Shown: positions 10,980 to 24,289, counted from the stretch's first letter. The stretch: 64,000 nt of DNA from the human T2T-CHM13v2.0 reference genome, Homo sapiens (GCA_009914755.4 CP086569.2:12864001-12928000), one strand, 5' to 3'. Made by a program: numbers and translations. The notes: generated from the letters alone by a model not told the origin.

Positions 10980-13900
10980 GAATTCTGAAGTGTAAAAAGG
11001 ACAAAGCTTATGAAGGCGGTCAGTTGTGTGCAATGTGCTTCAGTCCAAAGAAGTTGTACAAACATGAGATTCACAAGCTGAAGGACCTGACTTGTCTGAA
11101 GCCTTCCATAGAGTCTCCTCTGAGACAGAACAGGAGCAGGAGTATTGAGGAGGAGCAAAAACAAGAAGAGAATGGTGACAGCCAGCTCATCCTGGAGAAA
11201 ATCCAACTTCCCCAGTGGAGCATCTCTTTGAATATGACTGATGAGCACGGGAACCTGGTGAACTTGGTGTGTGACATCAAGAAACCAATGGATGTGTACA
11301 AAATTCACTTGAACCAAACAGATCCTCCAGATATTGACATAAATGCAATGGTTGCCTTGGACTTTGAGTATCCAATGACCCAGGAAAACTATGAAAATCT
11401 ATGGAAATTGATAGCATACTACAGTGAAGTTCCCATGAAGCTACACAGAGAGCTCATGCTCAGCAAACACCCCAGAGTCAGCTACCAGTACAGGCAAGAT
11501 GCCGATGAAGAAGCTCTTTACTACACAGGTGTGAGAGCCCAGATTCTTGCAGAACCAGAATGGATCATGCAGCCATCCATAGATATCCAGCTGAACCGAC
11601 CTCAGAGTACGGCCAAGAAGGTGCTACTTTCCTACTACAACCAGTATTCTCAAACAATAGCCACCAAAGATACAAGGCAGGCTCGGGGCAGAAGCTGGGT
11701 AATGATTGAGCCTAGTAGAGCTGTGCAAAAAGATCAGACTGTCCTGGAAGGGGGTCGATGCCAGTTGAGCTGCAATGTGAAAGCTTCTGAGAGTCCATCT
11801 ATCTTCTGGGTGCTTCCAGATGGCTCCATCCTGAAAGTGCCTGTGGATGACCCAGACAGCAAGTTCTCCATTCTCAGCAGTGGCTGGCTGAGGATCAAGT
11901 CCATGGAGCCATCTGACTCGGGCTTGTACCAGTGCATTGCTCAAGTGAGGGATGAAATGGACCGCATGGTATATAGGGTACTTGTGCAGTCTCCCTCCAC
12001 TCAGCCAGCCGAGAAAGACACAGTGACAATTGGCAAGAACCCAGGGGAGCCAGTGATGTTGCCTTGCAATGCTTTAGCTATACCCGAAGCCCACCTTAGC
12101 TGGATTCTTCCAAACAGAAGGATAATTAATGATTTGGCTAACACATCACATGTATACATGCTGCCAAATGGAACTCTTTCCATCCCAAAGGTCCAAGTCA
12201 GTGACAGTGGTTACCACAGATGTGTGGCTGTCAACCAGCATGGGGCAGACCATATCACGGTGGGAATCACAGTGACCAAGAAAGGTTCTGGCTCGCCATC
12301 CAAAAGAGGCAGATGGCCAGGTCCAAAGGCTCTTTCCAGATGAGAGAAGACATCGTGGAGGATGAAGGGGTCTCAGGCACGGGAGATGAAGAGAACACTT
12401 CAAGGAGACTTCTACATCCAAAGCACCAAGAGGCGTTCCTCAAAACAAAGGATGATGCCATCAATGGAGATAAGAAAGCCAAGAAAGGGAGAAGAAAGCT
12501 GAAACTCTGGAAGCATTCAGAAAAAGAACCAGAGACCAGTGTTGCAGAAGATCTCAGAGTGTTTGAATCAAGACGAAGGATAAACGTGGCAAACAAACAG
12601 ATTAATCCGGAGCACTGGGCTGATATTTTAGCCAAAGTCTTTGGGAAAAATCTCCCTACAGGCACAGAAGTATCCCCAATTATTAAAACCACAAGTTCTC
12701 CATTCTTGAGCCTAGTAGTCACACCACCTTTGCCTGCTGTTTCTCCCCCCTTGGCATCTCCAATACAGACAGCAACAAGTGCTGAAGAATCCTCAGCAGA
12801 TGTACCTCTACTCAGCGAAGGAAAGCACATTTTGAGTACCATTTCCTCAGCCAGCATGGGACTAGAACACCACAACAATGGAGTTATTCTTGTTGAACCT
12901 GAAGTAACAAGCACACCTCTGGAAGAAGTTGTTGATGAGTATTCCAAGAAGACTGAGGAGATGACTTCCACTGAAGGCGACCTGAAGGGGACTGCAGCCT
13001 CTACACTTATATCTGAGCCTTATGAACAATCTCCTACTCTACACACCTTAGACACAGTCTATGAAGAGCCCACCCATGAAGAGACGGAAACAGAGGGTTG
13101 GTCTGCAGCAGATGTTGGATCCTCACCAGATCCCACATCCAGTGAGTATGAGCTTCCATTGGTTGTTGTCTCCTTGGCTGAGTCTAAGCCTGTGCAATAC
13201 TTTGACCCAGATTTGGAGACTAATTCACAACCACATGAGGATAACATAAAAGAATACAGTTTTGCACACCTTACTCCAACCGCCATCATCTGGTTTAATG
13301 ACTCTAGTACATCACTGTCATTTGAGGATTCTACTGTAGGGGAACAAGGTGTCCCAGGCAAATCACATCTACAAGGACCGACAGAGAACATCCAGCTTGT
13401 GAAAAGTAGTTTTAGCACTCAAGACACCTTATTGATTAAAAAAGGTATGAAAGAGATGTCTCAGACACTACAGGGAGGAAATATGCTAGAGGGAGACCCT
13501 ACACACTCCAGAAGTTCTGAGAATGAGGGCCAAGAGAGCAAATCCATCACTTTACCTGACTCCACACTGGGTATAACGAGCAGTACGTCTCCAGTTAAGA
13601 AGCCTGCGGAAACCACAGTTGTCACCCTGCTACACAAAGACACCACAACAGAAACAACTCCAAGGCAAAAAGTGGCTTCATCATCCACCATGAGCACTCA
13701 CCCTTCTCGAAGGAGACCCAATGGGAGAAAATTACACCCTCACAAATTCCACCACCGGCACAAGCAAACCCCACCCACAACTTTTGCTCCATTAGAGACT
13801 TTTTCTACTCAACCAACTCAAGCAACTGACATTAAGATTTCAAATCAAATGGAGAGTTCTCTGGTTCCTACATCTTGGGAGATTAACACAGTTAATACCC

Positions 13901-15937
13901 CCAAACAGCTGGAAATGGAGAAGAATGTAGAGCTCATATCAAAGGGAACTCCACGGAGAAAACACGGGAAGAGGCCAAACAAACATCGATATACCCCTTC
14001 TACAGTGAGTTCAAGAGCATCTGCATCCAAGCCCAGCCCTTCTCCAGAAAATAAACATAGAAACATTGTTACTCCCAGTTCAGAAACTACACTTTTGCCT
14101 AGAAATGTTTCTCTGAAAACTGAGGGCGTTTATGATTCCTTAGATTACACGACAACCACCAGAAAAATACATTCATCTCACCATAAAGTCCAAGACACAC
14201 TTCCAGTCATGTATAAACCCACATCAGATGGAAAAGAAATTCAGGATGATGTTGCCACAAATGTTGACAAACATAAAAGTGACATTTTAGTCCCTGGTGA
14301 GTCAATTACAAATGTCACACAAACTTCTCGCTCCTTGGTCTCCACTATGGGAGAATTTAAGGAAGAATCCTCTCCTGTGGGCTTTCCAGGAATTCCAACC
14401 TGGAATCCCTCAAGGAAAGCTCAGCCTGGGAGGCTACAGACAGACATACATGTTACCACTTCTGGGGAAACCCCTACAGACCCTCCCCTTGTTAACGAGC
14501 TTGAGGATGTGGATTTTACTTCTGAGTTTTTGTCCTCTGTGACAGTCTCCACACCATTTCACCAGGAAGAAGCTGGTTTTTCCACAATTCTCTCAAGCAT
14601 AAAAGTGGAGATGGCTTCAAGTCAGGTAGAAACTACCACCCTTGGTCAAGATCATCATGAAACCACTGTGGCTATTCTCCACTCTGAAACTAGACCACAG
14701 AATCACATCCTTACTGCTGCCTGGATGAAGGAGCCAGCATCTTTGTCCCCTCCCATGATTCTCCTGTCTTTGGGACAAACCACCACCACTAAGCCAGAAC
14801 TTCTCAGTCCAAGAACATCTCAAATATGTAAAGATTCCAAGGAAAATGTTTTCTTGAATTACATGGGGAATCCAGAAACAGAAGCAACCCCAGTGAAAAA
14901 TGAAGGAACACAGCGTATGTCAGGGCCAAATGAATTATCAACACCATCTTCTGACCACGATGCATTTAACTTGTCTACAAAGCTAGAATTGGAAAAGCAA
15001 GTATTTGATAGTAGGAGTCTAACACGTGGCCCAGATAGCCACCACCAGGATGGAAGAGTTCATGCTTCTCATCAACTAACCAGAATCCCTGCCAAACCCA
15101 TCCTACCAACAGGAACAGTGAGGCTGCCTGAAATGTCCACACAAAGCACTTCCAGATACTTTGTAACTTTCCAGCCACCTCATCACGGGACCAACAAACC
15201 AGAAATAACTACATATCCTTCTAGGGCTTTGCCAGAGAGCAAACAGTTTACAACTCCAAGAGTAGCAAGTACAACTCCTCTCCTATCACACATGTCCAAA
15301 CCCAGCATTTCTAGTAAGTTTGCTGACCTAAGAACTGACCAATCCAATGGCTCCTACAAAGTGTTTGGAAATAGCAACATCCCTGAGGCAAGAAACTCAG
15401 TTGGAAAGCCTCTCAGTCCAAGAATTTATCATTATTCCAATGGAAGACTCCCTTTCTTTACCAACAGGACTCTTTCTTTTTCACAGTTGGGAGTCACCCG
15501 GAGACCCCAGATACCCTCTTCTCCTGTCCCAGTAATGAGAGAGAGAAAAGTTAATCCAGGTTCCTACAATAGGATATATTCCCATAGCACCTTCCATCTG
15601 GACTTTGGCCTTCCAGCACCTCCACTGTTGCACACTCCATGGACCATGGTATCACCCCCAACTAACTTACAGAATATCCCTATGGTCTCATCCACCCAGA
15701 GTTCTGTCTCCTTTATAACATCTTCTGTCCAGTCCTCAGGAAGCATCCACCAAAGCGGCTCAAAGTTCTTTGCAGGAGGACCGCCTGCATCCAAATTCTG
15801 GCCTCTTGGGGAAAAGCCCCAAATCCTCACCAAGTCCCCACAGACTGTGTCTGTCACTGCTGAAACGGACGCTGTGTTCCCGTGTGAGGCAATAGGAAAA
15901 CCAAAGCCTTTCGTTACTTGGACAAAAGTTTCCACAT
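10980..15937 (+). pseudogene. MXRA5: Pseudogene large exon (~4.96 kb): Ig-like C2 domains plus long S/T/P-rich low-complexity linker. A 1-bp frameshift near 12338 splits it into two frames.
   Basis: Acceptor ttgttttag|G at 10978-79 and donor at|GTAAGA at 15938. Track ORF 10955..12343 (frame 2) and ORF 12220..16011 (frame 1) together give a continuous adlican-like protein once a 1-nt shift is allowed at ...KALSR|(V)REDIVEDEG. Confidence 0.85.
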
Positions 15938-16689
15938 GTAAGATTTTTAAGCATCTACTCTTTTTTGGGTCAATTTTTATTTTATTGGCTAGCAATATTA
16001 CAATACACTAAAAGAGCATGAGGTACAAAACATAAACACGTTAGGAGAAATATTTACAACAAATTTGGGGAATTTTTTTTTACTTGAAGAAGTGTTTATT
16101 TTTATAATTTCAGCTTTTATTTTAGATGCAGGGGGGAACACGTGCAGGTTTCTCACATGGGTATATTGTATGATGCTGAGGTTTGGGGCACAAATGATCC
16201 CATTACCCAGGTAGTGAGCATAGCATCCAATAGGTGGATTTTCAGCCCTTGCTACCCCTCCCTGTCTCCTCTAGTAGCCCCAAGTATCCATTTTTCCTAT
16301 CTTTATGTCCATGTGTACCCAATCTACACTTCAACCAGAGTGTAGGAGAAAGTTACTGGAGTCTTACTTTAGGCACAACCAGAAACTCAGAAAATAAGGA
16401 ATTGGTAGGATGAGAGGAGTCATCTGAAATCTTAAATCTAAGCATGTTTCTTTGCAGGGACAGGAAGTGAGGAACTAGAATGGATGTGAGATTTTAATGG
16501 AGCCATGGAAATATCTAATAAGTCCTTTGGATGGAGAATAACCCAGGTTTGAAATATTCCATAAGAGAGACTCTCACTTTTTTCAGTTGGCTCCAATACA
16601 AATGCCTTCAACCACCATCTGAGGGCAGAGTGGATATGAGACGTGGTCTGTAAATCCCCCTTGCCCTTTTACCAGCTTGCAAAGGTAAA

Positions 16690-17140
16690 CCCAGCTTGGT
16701 CAGAGATCAGGTTATAGTCTTCTAAGTGCTAATCAGGTGCTTCTTTGACTTGAACCTAGACCCAGGGTTATGTTAATCAGCTTGGGCTGCCATGACAAAG
16801 TACCACTAACTGGGCAGTTTAAGTAGCAGATAGTTATTTTCTCACAATTGCAGATTTTGGAAGTCCAAGATCAAGGTGTTGGCAAGATTAGTTCCTTGTG
16901 AGGCCTCTCTCCTTGGTGTGTAGTTGCCGTCTTCTTCCTATGTCATACATGATCCAACTTCTGTTTGTCTGGATTCTAATGTCTTCTTATAAAGATACCA
17001 GTTCTATCAGATTAGAGACCATCCTATTGACCTCATTTAACCTTAATCACCTTGGTAAAGATCCTATCTCCAGTCATATTTTGAGTTCCTGGGGGATAGG
17101 ACTTTAATATATAAATTTGGGGGGACACATTTCAGCCCAT
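16690..17140 (-). mobile_element. MaLR-type LTR fragment (MLT1-like), antisense.
   Basis: Recognised consensus-like string: gggctgccatgacaaagtaccac...tctcacaattgcagattttggaagtccaagatcaaggtg...ggggggacacatttcagcccataa. Confidence 0.45.
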
Positions 17141-19989
17141 AAAAATGGTTTATACTTGGAATCCTGAGACAGACATTCAAAGAGCAGCTGGCTTCCTAAA
17201 TTGACCATCTGCTTTCTCTGAATGACAGAACAGTTTCTAGGTTACAGAAGAAAATAAAACCAGAGAATCACAACCTGGACAAAAGAGCATCTTTTTCTCC
17301 TTTCTCTTTCCTTCTCTCTCAACACAAATGTATCTTCAGCCCTGGATTCTGATCAGAGGATTGTGTGTATGTGTGTCTGTGTCTATGAGTGTTTTGCCTT
17401 CATTTCGATAATACAAAATGATTTATGCTGCTAGCACTTAGCTGTACTTTCTTTGTACTGCTTTATCTCCCAAATGTTGGAAGTTTTCCAGAGGTTCACA
17501 GAGACTCTGAGCCTAGGGCAATTGTTTACTTCTTTGATAAGCTTAGCACTTGAAGTCATAGGTTTTCATAATTTCATAATGAATTTTGCTGGAAGTGGAA
17601 AATGAGGGACACCATGGGTTATTTATTCCAAAAGGGTTATGTCCTTGAAGGAACCCATTCTCCTTCTGGGAATCCCATTTATATAAATCCTTAGGTTCCT
17701 TCACACCCTATGCCATTTCAGAGCATCTTTGAACTTTGCCCCTGCACCAGACATTCATGCACATTTTTCTTCTACATTTCCTGGAATCAGCTCTCAATGC
17801 TGGCTGCTCATTTGTTAGCTAGCTCTTGTTTTTAGACAAAAGCTATTTCTCTCAATGGATGGCCAAATGAGATTTGCTCACATCCAAAAGTGTTGTAATT
17901 GCATGTTGTGGAACTACATGGCATGGATTTATCATGCCTTTGTTTTCAGATAAACTAATCTCTTTTATTGAGGCATCAGAGAAAAATGGAAGGCACTTTA
18001 AAATTGCCCCAGGAGGTGTAAGAATAATTGGCAGGAGGTTTCAGTGGTCCTTCCCTTGCATCCAAAACCAAATGAAAGACAGGCACTCTTGTACCTCTGC
18101 GTCATAAAATGCCTCAGTGGGGAGGTGGGACTCCATAAGTGAGGGTCAGCAGGTTGGTGTCCATGACCATGCCCATGGTCACCTGTCATTCGGGAGGGCT
18201 CAACCACAAAGCTAGGTGGGATCTTAGCTGCATTGCCTGAAAAGTAGGGAGATTATATCAGCACTAAGCAATACCTGCTCTCTAAGACCTGGTGGGCTGG
18301 GCAGACTCAACGGGCTGCTGATCCTGGTTTTGGAGGGGACAGCTGTGGTCTTGGCTGCTTCTGTAAACACACCAGAGTAGTGACCTTTTATCAATGTCTG
18401 TTCTGTGTTGGAATAATCCATCCACTATGAAATTATTTTCATAGTGAGAGCAAGTAATTTTGCAGGTGTGTGACCACCAGATGCTTTGTCAGAGTATGAG
18501 TTCCCCTTGAGGATGGAAATGATGACGAGCTTGCAGGATTTGAAAGCTTCATCCAAAGGATGAACTCCAATATTAGAGAAAGTTATTAGTAAAACAGTTG
18601 GAGGCACTGGTCAGAATGAAGTGAATGGCACACAGGACAAGTCCAGACCCAGGAAGGTCCAGTAACATGGGAGAAGAACGGAAGGAGTTCTAAAATTCAG
18701 GGCTCCCTTGGGCTCCCCTGTTTAAAAATGTAGGTTTTATTATTATATTTCATTGTTAACAAAAGTCCATGAGATCTGTGGAGGATAAAGGGGGAGCTGT
18801 ATTTTCCATTAAAAAAAAAAAAAAAAAGAAAACAGTTTCCAGATTAGGTGGACCTAGCCTTCAGTGCAAGTAAAAAGTGCTCTCTGAAGAACAAAGGAAG
18901 TAGAGACAGTTCCTGCACTGGCTCCCAATCAAGTCCATTTACACAAATTAGGAATTCAAATATGTTTAGTTCTGACTGGTCAAAATAGTTGAGCCCCGAT
19001 TGGGTGATTTCCAAGCCCCAAACTGGAAGTCTCTGGCAAGTTGTTTGTCAAGAGATACTGCTCTGAGAACAAACAGCATTTGACAGCTGTTCTCTCCTCC
19101 TGCCACGGTTGCTTGGTTCTGTTTTGTAAATTTGCGGATCTCTATCAGTCACAGGGGTTCCATGTTATGAGAGCTTGAGGTCTCATTTACAGTTTCATTG
19201 CATGCCTGTATGGTTAGGCCAAGTGATCAGCAGATGACTGCCATTAAAAAGATAGTTTGTTACTCAGTTACCAGGACAGAGTAAAACACATCATGCAGGG
19301 CCACAGAGGGAAGCACCAGGTTTGGTTAGGAAGCAGAGAGATAGGAAGAAAGTGTGGGCAAGCACCTTTTTTTGTAGTTTCTATGGGAAGAAACAGGCGC
19401 GGCTTAGAATTGAGTATTTTGAAAAATGTCAGCAGGCTCTGGAGCACATGGGGCTGTCCCTAGTTGTATGTTACCTGACCCTGGGATAGTTAAGGCTAGA
19501 GGATAGTGACCTGGAATCAGACAGCCCAATAAAGGAGGTGGTTAGGGTGTGGTCTCTGGATTGATTGGTTTGCATATGCAAGCTGCACTCACAGGTGTGT
19601 AGTTTGCTATCTCTAGTGATTATCTAGCTTTGGGAGGGGTAGTTTCCCCAGGGTCAGCAAAACCCCAGATGACAGAGCATCAGAAACACACAATTAATAC
19701 AGAGCCTGATGATTGCAGTCTTAGGAGGTCAAACAGAGTGTGAAATATAGAGAGTATAGAGAGTGGAGAGAAATAAGGACCTATGTCCCATAACTCCACC
19801 CACTGGCTAGAGTGGTGAGAGGTCAGATGTCACTGAGAAGCCTGAATTCATGCTCAACTCAAGTGGGGAATGACCCCATCATGACCCCGACCCCATCAGT
19901 CTAACCAATCTACCTTATTTTCTTTTCTGTCTGTTTTCTTTTCTTTTTTTACTTCTCTCTCTCTTTCCTTTTATTATTATTATTATTAT

Positions 19990-20260
<271 letters not shown>

Positions 20261-20739
20261 CCTTTCTTGTGGACTCAAGGGCCTCTCTGGGCAGGGGGGC
20301 TGGCCACTACAAGCCTGGGATGCCCATGCAACCAGCTAGCCCAAGGAGTTCAGGAGAATAGCATAAGCATGAATAAATAAGGGAGAGGCTGTGTCTCTAG
20401 TAATTGAGCTTGTGGAATCTTAGCTCACCTTGGAAGTGGCTAGGACTCATGCCTGCTTCCAGAATTCTCTATAAAACCCACATTTGCCCTCTTTTGCTTG
20501 AGAATGGCCTTGTTTCTGGGACTAGTATAAAAATGAAAAAGAAAAACAAAACATTATTTTTCTCTATCCTTTTTTTAAAGAGCATATTTATTTCATATGT
20601 GTGTGATGACAAAAAATCTACTCTCAACAATTTTCAAATATAAACTAAATTGTTATTAACTATAGTTGCCATGAGTATAACATCACTTAAGCATATTCCT
20701 CCTAACTGAACTTTACATTCTTTAATTAATAGCTTCCCC

Positions 20740-21345
20740 TTTCTCCTACCCCCAGTCCCTGGTAACCCCCATTCCACTATCTGTTTCTTCTTCTATGAGT
20801 TCAACTTTCTTCCATTGCACATATAAGTGAGATCATGCAGTATTTGTCTTTCTGTGCCTGGTTTATTTCACTTAACCTAATATCCTCCAGGTTCATTTAT
20901 GTTGTGGCAAATGACAGAATTTCCTTTAAAAAAAAAAGACATAATGGTATTTCATTGTGCATATATACTGCATTTTCTTTATCCATTCATTTATTGATGG
21001 ACACTTAGCTGAATTCTGAATCTTGGCTATTGTGAATAGCACTGTTATAAACACGGAAGTGCAGATGTCTCATAAACAAACTGACATCATTTCCTTTGGA
21101 TAAATACCCAGTAGTGGGATTGCTAGACCATAGGCAGCTCTATTGTTAGTTTTATGAGGAACCTCCATGCTGTTTTCCACAGTGGCTGTACCAATTTACA
21201 TTCTCACCAACAGTGTACGAGGGTGCCCATTTCTCCACATCTTCACCAGTGTCTGTTGTTTTTGGTCTTTTTGACAATAGCCATTCCAGCAGGCATGAGG
21301 TGATAGCTCAGTTTTACATTTCTTTAATGGTTAGGACAAAAACAA
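20740..21345 (+). mobile_element. Old L1 (L1M/L1PB-like) ORF2 3' fragment, sense. It is interrupted by the following Alu.
   Basis: catataagtgagatcatgcagtatttgtctttctgtgcctgg...tatccattcatttattgatggacacttag...agtagtgggattgct...ccaacagtgtacgagggtgcccatttctccacatc. Confidence 0.65.
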
Positions 21346-21660
21346 TCTGGGTGTGATGGCTCACATCTCTAATCCCAGCCCTCTGGGTAGCCAAGACAGA
21401 GAATCAATTGAGGCCAGACGTTCAAGAGCAGCCCGGGCAAAAAGTAAGACCATGTCTCTACAAAAAAAAAATAATAATAAAAAAAGAAAAAAAAATGGTT
21501 TTAATTATCCAGGACTGGTGGCCTGCACATGTAGTCCCAGCTACTTAGAAGGCTGAGTCCAGGAGGTTGAGACTGCAGTGGGCTATGATTGTACCTCTGC
21601 ACCCCCGCCTGGGAGACAGAGCAAAACCCTATCTCTAACAAATGAAATAAACATAAAAAA
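21345..21660 (+). mobile_element. Alu (AluJ-like), sense.
   Basis: ggctcacatctctaatcccagc...A-rich linker...ggcctgcacatgtagtcccagctactt...gcctgggagacagagcaaaaccctatctc. Confidence 0.85.
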
Positions 21661-21811
21661 ACTTTTAAAAACACTAAAACATTCTACCTTCTACACTTGC
21701 TTTTGCTGTCTGGGTGATAAAGTGGAGACTTAGATTAACTAATATTGCTCATTTGAGCATTATCAAGAAGGCACAGTTTATGCCAAAGCTTACTATGTTA
21801 ATTTTCTCCAG

Positions 21812-22797
21812 GAGTTCTTATGACTCCGAATACCAGGATACAACGGTTTGAGGTTCTCAAGAACGGTACCTTAGTGATAAGGAAGTTTCAAGTGCAAGAT
21901 CGAGGCCAGTATATGTGCACCGCCAGCAACCTGTACGGCCTGGACAGGATGGTGGTCTTTCTCTGGGTCACCGTGCAGCAACCTCAAATCCTAGCCTCCC
22001 ACTACCAGGACGTCACCGTCTACCTGGGAGACACCATTACAATGGAGTGTCTGGCGAAAGGGACCCCAGCCCCCCAAATTTCCTGGATCTTCCGTGACAG
22101 GAGGGTGTGGCAAACTCTGTCCTCCGTGGAGGGCCGGATCACCCTGCACCAAAACCGGACCCTTTCCATCAAGGAGGCGTCCTTCTCAGACAGAGGCGTC
22201 TATAAGTGCGTGGCCAGCAACGCAACCCGGGCGGACAGCGTGTCCATCCGCCTACACGTGGCGGCACTGCCCCCCATTATCCACCAGGAGAAGCTGTAGA
22301 ACATCTCGCTGCCCCCGGGGCTCAGCATTCACATTCACTGCACTGCCAAAGCTGCGCCCCTGCCCAGCGTGCTCTGGGTGCTCGGGGATGGTACCCAAAT
22401 CCGCCCCTCGCATTTCCTCCACCGGAACTTGTTTGTTTTCCCCAACGGGACGCTCTACATCTGCAACCTCGCGCCCAAGGACAGCGGGCGCTATGAGTGC
22501 GTGGCCGCCAACCTGATCGGCTCCGCGCGCAGTACGGTGCAGCTGAACGTGCAGCGCGCAGCAGCGAACGTGCAGCGCGCAGCAGCGAACGTGCAGCGCG
22601 CAGCAGCGAACGTGCAGCGCGCAGCAGCGAACGTGCAGCGCGCTGCGCGCCAACGCGCGCATCACGGGCACCTCCTCGCAGAGGACGGACGTCAGGTACG
22701 GAGGGACCCTCAAGCTGGACTGCAGCGCCTCGGGGGATCCCTGGCCGCGCATCCTCTGGAGGCTGCCGTCCAAGAGGACGATCGACGCGCTTTTCAG
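21812..22797 (+). pseudogene. MXRA5: Pseudogene Ig-domain exon. It contains an in-frame TAG (22297-99), a 21-bp VNTR (22546-22650) and a +1 frameshift (~22648).
   Basis: Acceptor tctccag|G (NAGNAG cagGAG) and donor ttttcag|GTAGGC at 22798. Ig motifs appear on both sides of the TAG (…YMCTASN…, …IHCTAKAAPLPSVLWVLGDGTQI…YECVAAN…). Downstream, the conserved frame (…LKLDCSASGDPWPRILWRLPSKR…) is frame 2 rather than frame 1. Confidence 0.8.
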
Positions 22798-22921
22798 GTA
22801 GGCAGCTCCGCGTGGCTTCCGGTAAATCGCTGGGCTGGTGGCCCCAACGAATATAAGTCCTTGTTCAGGATGAATATGCACACACATTGGTCCCTGCGTG
22901 CGATAAAATTAAATGAAATTA

Positions 22922-23215
<294 letters not shown>

Positions 23216-23229
23216 AGTTAATTAATTAA

Positions 23230-23423
23230 GTTGAGACAGGGTGTTGCTCTGTCACCCAGACTGCAGTGCAGTGGTGCGATCATACCTCACTGCAGCCTCA
23301 AACTCCTGGGCTGAAGCGATCCCCTGAGTAGCTGGGATTACAGGTGTGCACCATGAGGCACGACTCTTCTTCTTCTTCTTCCTCTTCTCCTTCTTCTTCT
23401 TCCTCTTCTTCTTCTTTTCTTCT

Positions 23424-23459
<36 letters not shown>

Positions 23460-23845
23460 TTCTCCTTCTTCTTCTTCCTTTCTTCTTCCTCTTCTTCTTC
23501 TTTTCTTTCTTTCTTTTTCTTTCTTCTTCTTTCTTCTTCTTCCTCTTCTTTCTTCTTCTTTTCTTCTTTCTTCTTCTTCTCCTTCTTCTTCTTCTTCTTC
23601 TTCTTCTTCTTCTTCTTCTTCTTCTTCTTCTTCTTCTTCTTTCTTCTCTCTTCCTCTTCCTATTCTTCTTCTTCTTTCTTCCTCTTCCTCCTCTTCCTCT
23701 TCCTCTTCTTCTTCTTTCTTCAATTTATGTAGAGATGGGATCTGCTATGTTGCCAAGTATGATCTTGAACACTTAACCTCAAGCAGTCCTCCTGCCCTGA
23801 CCTACCAAAGTGCTGAGATGACAGGCTTGAGCCACCGCGCCTGAC
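23230..23845 (-). mobile_element. Alu (antisense) whose middle A/T-rich linker is replaced by a ~355-bp (TTC)n tract.
   Basis: Right-arm reverse complement (ttgagacagggtgttgctctgtcacccagactgcagtgcagtgg...ggattacaggtgtgcaccatgaggcacgac), then (TTC)n, then left-arm reverse complement (gagatgggatctgctatgttgccaag...caaagtgctgagatgacaggcttgagccaccgcgcc). Confidence 0.85.
23362..23718 (-). repeat. (GAA)n / (TTC)n trinucleotide tract, ~115-120 triplets with CTC/TTT interruptions.
   Basis: tcttcttcttcttcc... read on the + strand. The poly-Glu and poly-Ser/Phe ORFs at 23298-23844 are its translations. Confidence 0.95.
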
Positions 23846-24289
23846 CCTGTGTGTGATTTTTATGCAATGACATTTTGTATCTCTAAACTTGGATCTACAA
23901 CGAATGCTTAACTTCCTCTTAACAAATACTTAACTTCCTCCTCTCTTGTCCCATTCAAAAAAAAAAAAAAAGGAAAAAAATAAATCAAGAAACTGTTGTT
24001 TTAATGATTATATGTTTAACTATAATGTTAGGGCAAACAATTCAGCTTGCTTCTATTTCCATTGTAGATTTCAACAATATACATAGATGTGTTAGGCTTT
24101 ATTTTAATATGGCATTATTGGTACAATCAAAGTGTACACATTGTTTTAAAAGCATCATTACCACACCAACATAGTGCACTTGAAATGATACAAATGTACT
24201 TGGGCTATGAAGAAAGCCACCTTCTAATCAAGTACCATCAGTTCCCAGATATACAGGTTTATGGCAGTGCTTTTCAACCAAGGGTGATT

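Noticed and set aside
12267-12971. 234-aa minus-strand ORF inside the giant exon, plus similar antisense ORFs at 13059-13697
   Set aside because: They run antisense to a clearly coding S/T/P-rich exon; low-complexity sequence is often open on the opposite strand. There is no independent support.
23298-23844. ORFs encoding poly-Glu (minus) and poly-Ser/Phe/Leu (plus), up to 166 aa
   Set aside because: They are translations of the (GAA/TTC)n tract inside an Alu, so are not coding.
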